Positions 1-12,600 of a stretch of DNA of 64,000 nt are shown piece after piece (position 1 is the first letter of the stretch; each line of letters starts with the position of its first letter). The translations under genes and the position numbers were made by a program. The stretch covers positions 124,001 to 188,000 of the forward strand of contig MCFH01000024.1 of the NCBI GenBank assembly GCA_002104945.1, in the 5' to 3' direction. The DNA is from Piromyces finnis finn (Eukaryota; Fungi; Neocallimastigomycota). The notes beneath the pieces were generated by a model that saw nothing but the letters and a program-made list of their open reading frames with translations, did no database searches and had not been told where the DNA came from.

Positions 1-709
1 TTTGGTAAGATATTATGATTAATATTTAAATTAAAATTTTTAAAATTTTTACCTGCATCCTTTCTACCATTATGTGGACAATCAATTAATGATACACCAC
101 TTGATTGTAATTCACTTCTAAGACTTTTTTTAGACGTTGAATCGGTAATTTGTAAATATGCCTTTATATATATATACCATTTTTTTTTTTCATTATCAGC
201 ACAAAAAAGTTATAGAACATTACAATTTTTAAATGAATAATAAATATAGTATGAAAATAAATATAGATATTTTTACAAAAAATAACAATAAAAAAAAAAC
301 ATAACATGAACATTAGTTTAATTAATAATAATTATGAAATAAATTCAATATATATGAAAAGAAAAGTCAATATTATATTTTTTATAGATAATTACTTTGA
401 GAGTGATCATACTTCCAAAACGATGAATAACTCTTCTTAAATTTTCAACCACATAATATCCAGGCATTCCTGAAGGTGGAGGCTTTAAATAGCATAATTA
501 TTAAAAAAAAATTAATAGATTGGTATATATTAATATACAAATTGAATAAATGATATTTATCTAAAACTATCTATATAAAATCATACACAATTTTCAAAAT
601 CCCAAAAAACAGCACATTTATCATTAGTATTATTTAATTCATCTTTATTTTCTCCAAAATTTGGATTTTCATCCATAGAATTATTATCAAAGGATGGTTC
701 CATATCCAT
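1..709 (-). CDS. NYN-domain (LabA/DUF88/MARF1-like PIN-fold) ribonuclease, 5' part; gene continues beyond the window start
   Basis: Spliced exons 709-587, 482-396 and 161-53 with GT-AG junctions give MDMEPSFD...KCAVFWDFENC|PPPSGMPGYYVVENLRRVIHRFGSMITLK|AYLQITDSTSKKSLRSELQSSGVSLIDCPHNGRKDA. FWDFENC and CPHNGRKD are hallmark fungal NYN motifs. Confidence 0.85.
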
Positions 710-1436
710 TTTTTTTTATTATTAACGAGAAGCCTTTTAAAAATAAATTATTATTATTATTATAATATATATATTATATATATTATTTAATTATTAAGAT
801 CTAATGAATTTAAAATTATAAATATGAATATATAACTTTTACTTTTGTATTAATTTTCTTTTTAAGAAAAAAAAAAAATAAAGAAATTGATTGACTATGC
901 TTTGGTTAACAAAAAAGTAAATGAACACAAAACTTTATAATTTATTATATATAATTAAAAAAAAAAAAAACGTTTTATTAAATTATGACATTTATCACTA
1001 TGATATTAATTATTTTTGAATTAACTTTAATATAAATATATATTTTTTATAATTTTCTCTTTTTGTTTTTAATAATAGAATGAATGAAAATCAAAAAGTT
1101 TAAATTTATAAAAAAAAAAAAAAAAAAGGTATCCTCCACAATTTCATTGGGTGTTATTTTGAATGTAGAGTAATTAATATAAATATATATTTTTTTTAAA
1201 CAAATTAGAGATAAAAAATGAATGTTCTAAATATAAAGAACAAGTTTTTATTATATTTGTTATTATAATCATAGTTTATTGATTATCTTTTAATGAAATA
1301 GATTCAAAAGGTATATTTTTATTTATTTTTTTTTTTTGGTGCTGTTTCAGAAGTATTGTCTTAAACTCTAACTTATTATCTTATTAAAATTATTTATTAA
1401 TGAAATTTATTGAACAAAAGAAAATAAAATAATTTA

Positions 1437-1437
<1 letters not shown>

Positions 1438-1502
<65 letters not shown>
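1438..1502 (+). repeat. (AAT)n microsatellite
   Basis: About 21 perfect AAT units read directly. Confidence 0.95.
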
Positions 1503-2100
1503 TAAATTGTAATAATAGGAAATTATTTTTGATATTTGGAAAGAATTACCGTTAATAGGATAGGATATATAATTACAAAAATAAAAAAATCAAAGTTATA
1601 GTATTATTAAATACAAATGCTTATATGAGTTTTTTTTTGTTGTTCTCCTTTTACATCGTTTTTTAAAAAAAAAATTAAAAAAAGAAAAATAAAAGACGAA
1701 CTAAATATTTTTAAAATTATATAGAAAAAAACTACTTAATTATGATAAGTTTCTAAATATCCTATTTTTTTTTAAAAAAAAAAAAAAAAAAAAAAAGACT
1801 TTTTAATTTATTTATTTATATATATTTTATTAAAAAATTAAATATTATATTTATATACATGTAACTCCATCTATTATTATTAACATTATTATCATAACTT
1901 GTTTTTGTTTTACAATTTAAACTAATTTTTATACAAATTATTTATAATGGTATTAAACATCATTTCAATGTTCATTACCCTATATAATGTAACTTTGTTA
2001 TGATAAAATGTGGAATTTTTTTCGTCATTTATACAACTAATAAAAAAAATAATGAAAATTATGATTTTTACATTATTTTATATTCAAAAAACGATTTCCA

Positions 2101-2886
2101 TTAATAAAAGATAATAGATAAGATTGAAATTAAAACTATGGTTATTAAAGAGAATGAAGTTTTCATAACGCCTGATTGATAAAGATCTGGTTTATCAATT
2201 TCATAATAATCTTGGGAAACACATTCTTCAGAACCTAATAATTCAATAGCTTTTAAACTATTATCTAAATATTCTTGTTCATGGGCAAAACGAGTACTAT
2301 TAATTTCAATATCATGTGTGTAAAGTGTAACTAATGTATCATATATGAAATGTAAACTTTCTCTACAAATTCCGTTACTACAAAAACTTTTCAAAAGAGT
2401 ATCTGTATCATTCATTGTAAGACGGAATAATTGAAGTATACTGTATGTTTCATCAAAAATTGATTTGGTATAAGGACATATTTCACCATTTTTATCTGTA
2501 GAACAATATACTAAATAAACATTCTTATTCGTTCTTACATAATCATAAATATCAAAGTCATCTGTTCCATTACCATCTTTACATATATCATCAGATAAAA
2601 ATAAATTATCTATAAAAGCTTTACATGCATCATCATTATACACTTTACACACTACTGGCCAATCGACATTAATATTAGTGATATTATAATTATCATTATC
2701 TATATAATTAAAACAATCACGATAATATTTATCATAATGATTTTTACATTTTTGACTAGTTATATATGGAATTATTTTTCCATAATTATAATAAGTATTT
2801 AAGGTAACATAATTTTCCTTTTTTCCTTCTCCTCTTTCAAAGAAGAAGAAATATAAACTAAATAAAGAAAATAAGAATAGTTTCAT
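2101..2886 (-). CDS. Secreted Cys-rich protein with predicted GPI-anchor signal, paralog 1 (intronless, 261 aa)
   Basis: N-terminal signal-like MKLFLFSLFSLYFFF; 10 Cys; C-terminal small-residue site (QSG) followed by hydrophobic tail SFSLITIVLISILSIIFY; clearly paralogous to 4568-5341. Confidence 0.8.
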   Translation of the reverse strand: MKLFLFSLFSLYFFFFERGEGKKENYVTLNTYYNYGKIIPYITSQKCKNHYDKYYRDCFNYIDNDNYNITNINVDWPVVCKVYNDDACKAFIDNLFLSDDICKDGNGTDDFDIYDYVRTNKNVYLVYCSTDKNGEICPYTKSIFDETYSILQLFRLTMNDTDTLLKSFCSNGICRESLHFIYDTLVTLYTHDIEINSTRFAHEQEYLDNSLKAIELLGSEECVSQDYYEIDKPDLYQSGVMKTSFSLITIVLISILSIIFY

Positions 2887-2917
2887 TTTATTTTTTTTAA
2901 TTCCTTGTAGTATATAA

Positions 2918-2958
<41 letters not shown>

Positions 2959-4523
2959 TTTTTGTATTTATTTAAAATAAAAAATTATAAATATTCATAT
3001 ATATATATATTTTTTATCCTCTTTTTATATAAGATGTTATAATTCATCATATGAAATAAAAGAAGGTTAACTTTATATATTATATTAAATGAAAGAATAT
3101 AAATTTTAAAGTTCTAAAAATTTTATATTTATTTTAAATCTTTTCATAAATAAAAATAAACTTTATTGAAATTCTTTTTTTTTTTTTTTTTTTCCTTTCC
3201 TTCTTTCTTTCTTTCTCTCATATTTTTTATAGTACAAACAATGATTTATTATATATATTAAACTCTATATATACATTATCTTTTTTTATTAAAATGAATA
3301 AATAAAATAATAAAATTACTATATATTTTTTTAATGTTATTATTATTGTCTCTCTTTTTGTTTTGTCTTTCTTTTTTTTTTTTTGAAAATGAGAAAAAAA
3401 AAAGCGATAAATAATAATTTTAAAGTAAAAATAAAAAAAGTCTTTACTTTAAAAATTAGTTTCAATTCAAACCTTACTAATTATTATTTTTGTAGAATAA
3501 ATAATAAGGAAATGAAAATTTATTAGGTTGATAAAAAAAAAAAAGCAATAAACTTTTTTTTTTTCCTAAAATTTATTTTTAGCATTAATTATTTTATATC
3601 TTTTTGAAACAAGAAATCTTAATAAAAAGTTGAAAAGTTGTTAAAACGAATATTTTTTTTATAGACATATGAATATATATTTAAAAAAAAAAAAAACTAT
3701 AAATAAATATATAATTTTTACAAACAATAAAAAAAAAAGTTGATTTATTGAGTTTATTAATAATTTTAAATTATATAATAATATAATTAATTTCCTCAAT
3801 CTAAAAGTATCGATAAAATATTTTTCCTTTATTTAATATTTTTTAAAATTTAATTAATCCTAACACCATTATCTTTTTTTTATATGTATATTCTTATTTT
3901 TTTATATAATGTAATATATAAAACACTATATTTCCTTCCTTTATGATTTTGGATACTTTTGAATTTTTTTATGATAATATTATTATCTTTTTTTTTTTTT
4001 TTTTTTTTAGTATTAATGCATTTTATACTAATTTATTTTTTAATATTAATATAAAAAAAATACTGGAATTTCTTTTATATAATTATAAATATAAAATGTA
4101 GAATAGAATAGTGTATTTAAAAATATAATTTCACATCTAAAATATTGTTAGTACCCTTACTTTCTTGTCCTTTTAAAAATATATAAAGAATAACTAAATT
4201 TTTAACATTATATATATACATTTTCACAAATCTAATTCAATTATATTCATTTAAATAGTAATATTATTATTTTATTATTTTATTATTTATTTATTAATTA
4301 ATTAATTCTTATTCTTCTTTATTATTAAATATTTTATTATAGAACAAAATATAGTATATACAAACTAAATTATATAATAATAAAAAAAAAAAGTTCTTTT
4401 AAAGTATTATTATTATATATAATAGAGTAATTTATATTCTTATATATTTATATATTAAATATAATATATAATATATTTAATTCAATAGTTATTTTATTTT
4501 TAATGAAAGTAATATATATAGGT

Positions 4524-4555
<32 letters not shown>

Positions 4556-4567
4556 GATTTAAAATAA

Positions 4568-5341
4568 TTAATAAAAGATAATGGATAAAATTGAAATTAA
4601 AACTATGGTTATTAATGAGAATGATGATGTTTTTAGAGCACCGGATTGATTATTAAGATTTCCATCTTCAATTTCATAATAGTCTTGAGAGGTACATTCT
4701 TCGGAACTTAAATAGCTTATAGCTTTTTTATCATTATTAATAAACACTTGTTCATAATTTAATGTATTATTCTTTTTAACATCATCTTCATAGAGTGGAA
4801 CTAATAATTTATACATATAGTGTAAATTTTCTCTACAAATTCCTTGACTACATGATTTTTCTAAGGTAGTATTGGTTCCATCTTGAAGGTGAAATAAATT
4901 TGTTGGATAGTATTTCCCTTGTTGAATATCATTTGAATAATCACAAAAGTTTCCGTTTTTATCCTTGGAACAAAGTGCAATATAGTATATTTTATTCATA
5001 CTGATTTCATCATACAAATCATAATCTTCTGGTCCATGACCGTTTTTACAAGTATTATCCGGTTGATATAAATTACTTAAAAAATCTTTACATTCAACTA
5101 AATTATAGGATTTACATCGTTCTGAAAAAGTGACATTGTAATATTTATTATCTAATATATGAAAACACTTGCTATAAATTTCATAATGATTCTTACATTC
5201 CTGACTACATTTATAGGAATAAAGTTCACCATTATAATAAGTATCTAAAGTAACAAAATCATCTCTTTTCTTATTCATTGTCTTTGCACCTACTGAACAG
5301 GATGCAAATAAAGAGAGCATAGAAAATAAAAATAACTTCAT
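4568..5341 (-). CDS. Secreted Cys-rich protein with predicted GPI-anchor signal, paralog 2 (intronless, 257 aa)
   Basis: MKLFLFSMLSLFASCSVGA signal peptide; same Cys spacing as paralog 1 (CS.DKNG..C, CS.GICRE.LH..Y, SEEC.SQDYYEI); identical tail SFSLITIVLISILSIIFY. Confidence 0.85.
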   Translation of the reverse strand: MKLFLFSMLSLFASCSVGAKTMNKKRDDFVTLDTYYNGELYSYKCSQECKNHYEIYSKCFHILDNKYYNVTFSERCKSYNLVECKDFLSNLYQPDNTCKNGHGPEDYDLYDEISMNKIYYIALCSKDKNGNFCDYSNDIQQGKYYPTNLFHLQDGTNTTLEKSCSQGICRENLHYMYKLLVPLYEDDVKKNNTLNYEQVFINNDKKAISYLSSEECTSQDYYEIEDGNLNNQSGALKTSSFSLITIVLISILSIIFY

Positions 5342-5731
5342 TTTTTTTTATTATGAAAAACAATATAAAATAATAATTTATAAAATAATAAAATATAAAA
5401 TAATATGTTAAAATAATAATTATAATAATATAAGGAATATATCTTTTTTTTTTTTTTTAATTTTTTTTTTTAAAAATTTAGAATAAACTTTATTTACTAA
5501 AGGAAAATAAAAAATATTTTTTTAAAAAAAAAAATATGTCAATACATATTACATTTATGTTAAGAAATACTTTTATAAAGAGTTTAAACCAATTAAAATA
5601 TAATATCTTTTTTTTTTTTAGTCTATTCTTTATTTTTCTTTGCATATATATGAATCATTAAACATCATTCATTCATTACAATGAGAAAACTGTAGCTTTA
5701 TATCTTAATAATAATAAACATAATAATAAAC

Positions 5732-5790
<59 letters not shown>
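5732..5790 (+). repeat. (AAT)n microsatellite
   Basis: Perfect AAT run preceded by two AATAATAAACAT units. Confidence 0.9.
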
Positions 5791-6054
5791 TTATTTATTT
5801 ATTTAATTTTTTTGGTTAAAAATATAATGAAATTAAAGATTAATAAGTGTTAAATTAATGTGATGTTAAGTTCTTTGTTTAAAATTAATAATTAATTAAA
5901 TATAAAAATCATTTCATTAATAAGCCAAAGCTTTTATAAATAGGAATGTATTTTTCTAAATTTTTTCTTTTTTTAATTAATTAAAAGATAATATAAATAT
6001 TATTAAATAAAATTTGTATACTTTTTTTTTTTATTTTTTTAAAGAAGAAAAAAA

Positions 6055-7095
6055 ATGTTTTCAAGTTATAAAGTTGATACTAATCAATTACTAAATGAAA
6101 CAAACTATGAAAATTGGAAGGTTAGAATTTTAGGATTCTTGAATGCTCAGGGATTAATAGAATATGCGGAAAACGATGTTGTAGCAAATATTACTAAAAT
6201 TAAAGGTGTTACAAATGAAGTATTAAAAGAAGCAAAGAAGAAAGAAAATATTGCAAAAATTATAATTATATGTAATATTTCGGATAAAGCCCTTGAAAAA
6301 GTTAGAGATCTAAAGACACCATATGAAATTATGAAAGCCTTGAAAAAGGAATATGATAAATCTAACTTTAATAAATCTACCTATTGGATAAATAAATTAG
6401 AAAATCTAAAAACTAATAGTATTTGTGAATACACTGATACTTTTTCAAATATTAATGAGAAAAATTTTATTTTAAAAAAAATAGAGAGAATTAAGTATAT
6501 TTTTGCTACCATTCCTAAGGAAATCAGAAATCGAATGACTATTCCAGGGAGAGAAGATATTTACGAATTCATGGATTCAATTGAAGAACAAATTTTAAGC
6601 TTTCTTTATGAAAAAAGAAGATCTTTAGGTATTGATCATGGTCAAGGTAAAGAAGAAAAGTTTGACATGATGGATATTGACTCTATAAAGATTTTTAAAC
6701 CAACGCATGGGAAAAAACAAGAATTTAAAAATAAGGATAGAAGGGTAAAAAATAAAGAAATCTATTGCTCTATTTGCCATAAATATCGTCATTCAACCGA
6801 AATGTGTAGATACAATCTAAAATATTATTTCAATACAAAATATAGAAAAGGAAGATATCATAAATCCTATAAAATGAATAAACCAACCTATATTAGTAAT
6901 GTTGAATATAATCTATCTAGTTTAAAAGAAACCAATATTTGCCTTGATAACATCAGACCCATGTTTGAAAAGTGTACAGAAAATGTTGATCCATTTAAAA
7001 GTATAAAATCAAGCATTACCAACGGCATTGAACAAAATAGTAAAAATGATAATGACTTTACAAAAAAAGGTGTATGGATCAAAAGTGTATTATAA
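6055..7095 (+). CDS. Ty1/copia-type Gag protein (DUF4219/UBN2-like N-terminus, CCHC zinc knuckle)
   Basis: LLNETNYENWKVRILGFLNAQGLIEY resembles the copia gag N-terminal motif; KIIIICNISDKALEKVRDLKTPYEIMKALKKEY is a UBN2-type core; exact CX2CX4HX4C knuckle CSICHKYRHSTEMC. Confidence 0.85.
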   Translation: MFSSYKVDTNQLLNETNYENWKVRILGFLNAQGLIEYAENDVVANITKIKGVTNEVLKEAKKKENIAKIIIICNISDKALEKVRDLKTPYEIMKALKKEYDKSNFNKSTYWINKLENLKTNSICEYTDTFSNINEKNFILKKIERIKYIFATIPKEIRNRMTIPGREDIYEFMDSIEEQILSFLYEKRRSLGIDHGQGKEEKFDMMDIDSIKIFKPTHGKKQEFKNKDRRVKNKEIYCSICHKYRHSTEMCRYNLKYYFNTKYRKGRYHKSYKMNKPTYISNVEYNLSSLKETNICLDNIRPMFEKCTENVDPFKSIKSSITNGIEQNSKNDNDFTKKGVWIKSVL

Positions 7096-7300
7096 AAAGT
7101 GTATTATAAAAATTATTCAAATGTAATAAACTAATAAAATTTTACACCATCCCTATGTCAAACCTAGTTATTAATAAAAAATGGTCAAAATACCTACTTT
7201 AGACAAGATAATAACAAAAAACAAAAAGTGTTAATGTCATGGAATATATTAAAACAGAAGATATATTTACTAATGCTTTCTTATATAAAATATCTAGATA
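6055..7300 (+). mobile_element. Internally deleted Ty1/copia LTR-retrotransposon relic (gag plus RNase H C-terminal remnant; no LTR pair found)
   Basis: Gag ends at GVWI, where the copia protease WxxDSG motif would begin. About 140 bp later, 7230-7280 reads VNVMEYIKTEDIFTNAF, resembling the copia RNase H end (v.YI.TedqlADIFTKaL). Confidence 0.6.
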
Positions 7301-9606
7301 ACTATATGTATGTAGAAAATACAAATATTTTATACAATATCTCATTTTCATCCTCTTTTATCTTTTATATAATAAAAAAAGAATTCTTTTAAGTTTATAT
7401 TAATTTAAAAATCGTTTTATTTTATAATAATAATAATAAACATAAGCATAACAACAGCAACAATTTTTATCATAATAATAAAATAATATATAAGAATTTC
7501 GTTGTTTATCACCTCAAAATAGAAATGACAAATACAATGACAATATCATATGATATATAACACGTGATTAATCAAACTATGTCATCCTTTTTGTAATTAC
7601 ATTTATGGATTAATTTCCATTGACATTTATTTGTACCATTCAATACATTTCAATTGTCTTTCATTATCATTGTCATATTAATATTACAATTATTTTCACT
7701 ATGCCTCGGTGGATTAGACTTTTTTATGTTTATCGTATGATTATTTATGCATTGTCTTTTCTTTTTCCTAAAAAAAAAACTAAAAATTAAAAAAAAAAAG
7801 AATAGAATTATTTAATTTCTTATTTTTTCATTCATTTAATTAATCAAAGGGTTAAGTAAATTATCCTTTTTTAAAACTTTTATCTTGATCTTTTTTTTTT
7901 ATTAAAAAACTATCTGCACTAAAAACTTAATTTTTTTGTTTTCTTTTTTTTTATTTCAAATGTCAAAATATTTTGATTAACAATTAATAAAAAAAAATGT
8001 TTACTTTTCTCGTTTTTTTTCTTAAAAGTAAACAAGAATAAGAAAAAACATTGATAAATAAATCAATGAATGAATAAATAATATATTAAATAAATAATTT
8101 ATTGATAAATTAATAAATATAAATTATATTATTTAAATAAACCATTGATCTTATCATTTTTTATCTTGTAAAGTGTTGGTGGTGCTTTTGCCTTTTTTCC
8201 TCCCAACCTTTTAAAATTTAATGGGCAGAACTTTATCATAAAAAACTGTGAAAATAAATTAAATTTCAGCAAATCGTCTTTCTATGATAAATAAAAAAAA
8301 ATGGAGATAAACCAAAATTTAATTTAATTTTTATAGGTGGAGGAAATGGAAAATTAAAAAAAAAAATTAAATTTTCTTATCTATTAAATTTATATTAAAA
8401 TATATTTAAAATAAATTGGAACAATATATTAAATATAATTTTAATTAAATTTATGTATTGACTATTGAAAAAATAATGAATAAAAAGAACAAAAGAACGA
8501 ATAATAATTAATACTAATACTACTTAATACTACTACTACTAATTAATAATAATACTATTTAATACTACTATTAATTAATACTACAAATTAATAATAATAC
8601 TATTTAATAATACTAATTAATAATAATACTTTCTATTTAATACTTTCTATTCAATCTTTTACTATTATTCCTTCCTTCACCGCTATTCATTCTTTTTTTT
8701 TTTTTACCAATATAAAGAAAGGGAATTTATTCATTTCCTAATTTTTATATTAAAATAATATTAAATTAATAAATTAAAAATTTTAAATTTTATTATTAAT
8801 TAAAGTTTTTTTTATCTTTTAATTTTTTTTTTTGATAAAATAAAAAATATCATTTTTATCTCTTTTTTTTTTCTCTACCAAAAAAAAAAAAAAACTCTAG
8901 TAAAATGTTATTGAAAAAAAATAACAATTTTATTTAGAAATTATTTCTTCTTTTGTAATCAAGCCTTAACAAACCCATAAATATTATTTTATTTTAAATA
9001 TATTATCGATAAAAAGTATATATATTTTTTATTAAAAAAACGTTTTTTTTTTTTTATCAAATATTTAATTATTCGTTACTTATTGATAACAACAACAACA
9101 ACAACAACAAAAACAACAACAACAGCACCACAAATAGCAAGAACAGTTTTACTTGAAATATAATATTTAAATAATAATAATAACTTAATAATAATAAAAA
9201 AAATAACTGTATTATATATTATTAAAAGAAAATTTTTTTAATTGTTCATAATAAATTAAAAAAAAAATAATTAATTAATTATTATGGCAATTAAAATAAA
9301 TTTCTGAAAAATTAAAACATTTATCAAATTTATATTTTAATTCAACTTTTCAAAAAAAAAAAAAAAAAATTCTTCTTTTTTTTATTATATATAACATTTA
9401 TAAATTTATATATAACAGTAATAATAGGTAAATTATAAAGTTAAAAAAAAAAAAAGGTAATTTTTATATAAAAAAGAAATAAAGACGAAATATAAAATAT
9501 ATATTCTAATACTTAAAGTATTTTATTTTTTAAATAAAATAGTTAAAAAAAAAATAAAAAAGCAAGAAGGAAAAAAGTTTAGTTAATTAAAAAAGAGAAA
9601 ATCACC

Positions 9607-12600
9607 ATGTTAAACGGAGATAAAAGTAAAAGTTCTTTAAAATCCAACAAAAATAATGAAAAGGGAAAAAAATCAGATAATACCGAGGAATCATTTGAAG
9701 ATTTAGGTATTAATCTTGATTTAGATTTAAACGATGCCATTTATGAATTGGGTTTGAAAAAATCTGCTCCAAGAGTTAGATTCCATGATAGTTATACTAT
9801 GCCTAATGCAACCATTTCTTCAGGAATAGATTTTGAAGATAATTATGATGTTAGTGGTATTTATAAATCAACTGAATATTACAATCAAATGATTAATGGC
9901 CAAAGATTTGGTAGAAGAGATAGTGAACGTACTTCTGATTATCATTCACGTAATCATCGTTATTATCATGCTAGTCAACCTAGCAGTTTTCATCAAAATT
10001 CTATGATGGATTATATTTCAAAATCTCAACCATTAAATGGTGGTAGTAATCTTTTAGCTCAATTTTTAAAATTACATAATGATCAGGAACAATCAAATTC
10101 CAGTAGTGGTAAAGGAAAAGAACCACATATCAATAATGAAATGGATAATTCCTCATGGAATCATTCCACTTCCAATTCTCAACCTATCCCTATTCAAGAT
10201 GTAACCTCATCTTCCCCATTAAAACCACCACATTCTATGTCATCCCTTGGTAAATCTTTTGATCCAAACCTTTATACCATCCCATCCTATAAAAATAAAA
10301 GATATAGCCGTAGTCATAGTCATAGTCATCATCATCAACAACTTAGTAAATCTTTTACTTATCATCAAGATATGCAATTCCCAAAATCATTTAGTAGTAT
10401 TACTAAAACTCAAGAACCATTGAGTATGGAGGATGAAAACATGACAGATAATGAAAATGAACCATTAATGATAAAAACTTCTTCCTACCAACAATCAAAT
10501 GCCATAGATATTAATGGTAATCCTTCAAAAAAGAGTATTAAAGCTAAACATAGAAATAGCCGTCCACCACCACCTTCTCCAACTAGTTCCTATTTCGGTT
10601 CTTATTCTTCAAAAGTTAGTGGAACCTTTGGATCTCCTATTAGTTCTTCTATTTTAGTCAAAACCTCTCAATATATACCTGATGCATCTCTTCCTTATTT
10701 GGTCAAAACAATTGATGATCACTTGGTTAAGAATGAAGATGCTGAAAATAATGATGATTCTGAAGAAGAATATAATATATACAATTTGAAAGGAGGTAAT
10801 AATTTTAAAAAAATTATTTTTTATATATTTAATCAAGATAATAGGTTACTGTTAATTATTTTTAATGTCCGCCATCTTATGATAAAATCAACTTTATTTT
10901 CATCGGCCAGTTTCCTTTTTTTTATGATTCATAGGAAAAAATTCAATATATTATTTTAGGATTAAAAAAAAAAAGATGGAAAAATATTAATACAAACAAT
11001 ATTGATTTTTAGGATTGAAAAAAAAAAAGATGGAAGAAAATTAATACAAGCAATATCGATTATTAGGATTGAAAAAAAAAAAGATGGAAGAAAATTAATA
11101 CAGACAATATCGATTATTAGGATTGAAAAAAAAAAAAGATGGAAGAAAATTAATACAGGCAATATCGATTTTTAGGATTGAAAAAAAAAGATATAAATAC
11201 GCTGATAAATATATAATATTTTACATTTGAATAGAAAAAGAGATATAAATACACCAATAAATTCAGTTTAATTTATCATAATTCAAATATATATATATGA
11301 ATATACTAATAAATACCTTTTAATTTAAAAAGGGATAAAATTTACTAACCATCAATTTTTTTGTTTTTATTTTGAAAAATAGGTGATTATGCTCGTGATA
11401 TATTTAAATTCCAAAATAAATTAAAAAGAAATATTTTAAGTAAACGTTCAAAATCCGAACCTAATCTCTATGAGTTAAATAAAAAGAAGGAAAATGATTT
11501 TAATATTTCTGAAATATCTATTCCAGGTGGATTTAGAAGAGAATTCATGAGCTCAAATGCTAAAAAACAAGGAAAGTCACCACCTCACTGGATTACTGGA
11601 AACTTCATCGACTTTTTAGCCCTTTACGGTCACTATGCTGGGGATGATGATTTCGATGAAGATTATTCCTCTGATGATTATGAAAGTGACAGTTGGTATG
11701 ATGATGATGGTAATAGCATAATGACAGATGATTATCGTCAACACCAGAGATTTGAAAGTGATATTTTCAATAATGAAAAAATTAAAATATCTGAAACTCG
11801 TTCTTCCTACGAATTAATTCCTGATAATGATAAATCAAAAATAAGCATTGATATTGAACCTTTAAATGAAAAAACACCACTTTTGACCAATTCTTCTCAA
11901 TCTTCCCTTAATAATAATTATCATAAAAGAAAGAGTAAAAAACAACGTAAAAATAATTCTTCATCCCAAACTGGAACTGCTTCTGAAGGTAAAACTCTCT
12001 TTTTACTTTTGAAAGCATTTATTGGCACTGGTATTCTCTTCCTTCCAAGAGCCTTTTCCAATGGTGGTATATTATTTTCTTTAGTTTTGTTAGCTCTGTC
12101 TGGTTGGTTAACTTATTTCACTATGGTTCTTCTAATTCGTTGTAGCGAAAAGTTTGGTGGTTCTTATGGTGATATTGGTAAACAACTCTTTGGTCGACCA
12201 TTTAAAATTATGATTCAAGGATCTATTGCTCTTACTCAGGTATTTTTTTTTTTTTTTTTTTTTTTTGAAAATCATTCTATTTTAAATACATACCTTTATT
12301 TTTTTATAAATATATATGATGACCACCAATTTTTATTATTTTGATATATATATATATACATATTTTTATTATTTCAATTTTAATTATATTATTTATTAAT
12401 CTATTATTATTTAAATTATATATAAATTAAAAAAAAATCCAATTTTTTTAGAGTGGTTTTTGTTGTGCCTATATTATATTTATTTTACAAAGTATAAAAT
12501 CTATTATAGAAACAGTGAGTAACGGATCAGTTATCATACCGGATTGGGCTATTATTGCTGCACAAATTTTAATTTATATACCATTATCATGGATTAGAAA

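Noticed and set aside
1-7300. NYN nuclease, surface-protein pair and gag relic as a linked anti-transposon system
   Set aside because: Adjacency only; no shared regulatory or sequence evidence.
5706-7445. TAATAATAATAAACATAA on both sides of the gag relic as a possible TSD or LTR
   Set aside because: Low-complexity microsatellite edge, too long for a copia TSD, with no TG...CA LTR structure.
10955-11192. CRISPR-like repeat array
   Set aside because: There are no unique spacers; the whole unit repeats; it sits in a eukaryotic intron with no cas genes. The ORF 10962-11162 is an artefact of the repeat.
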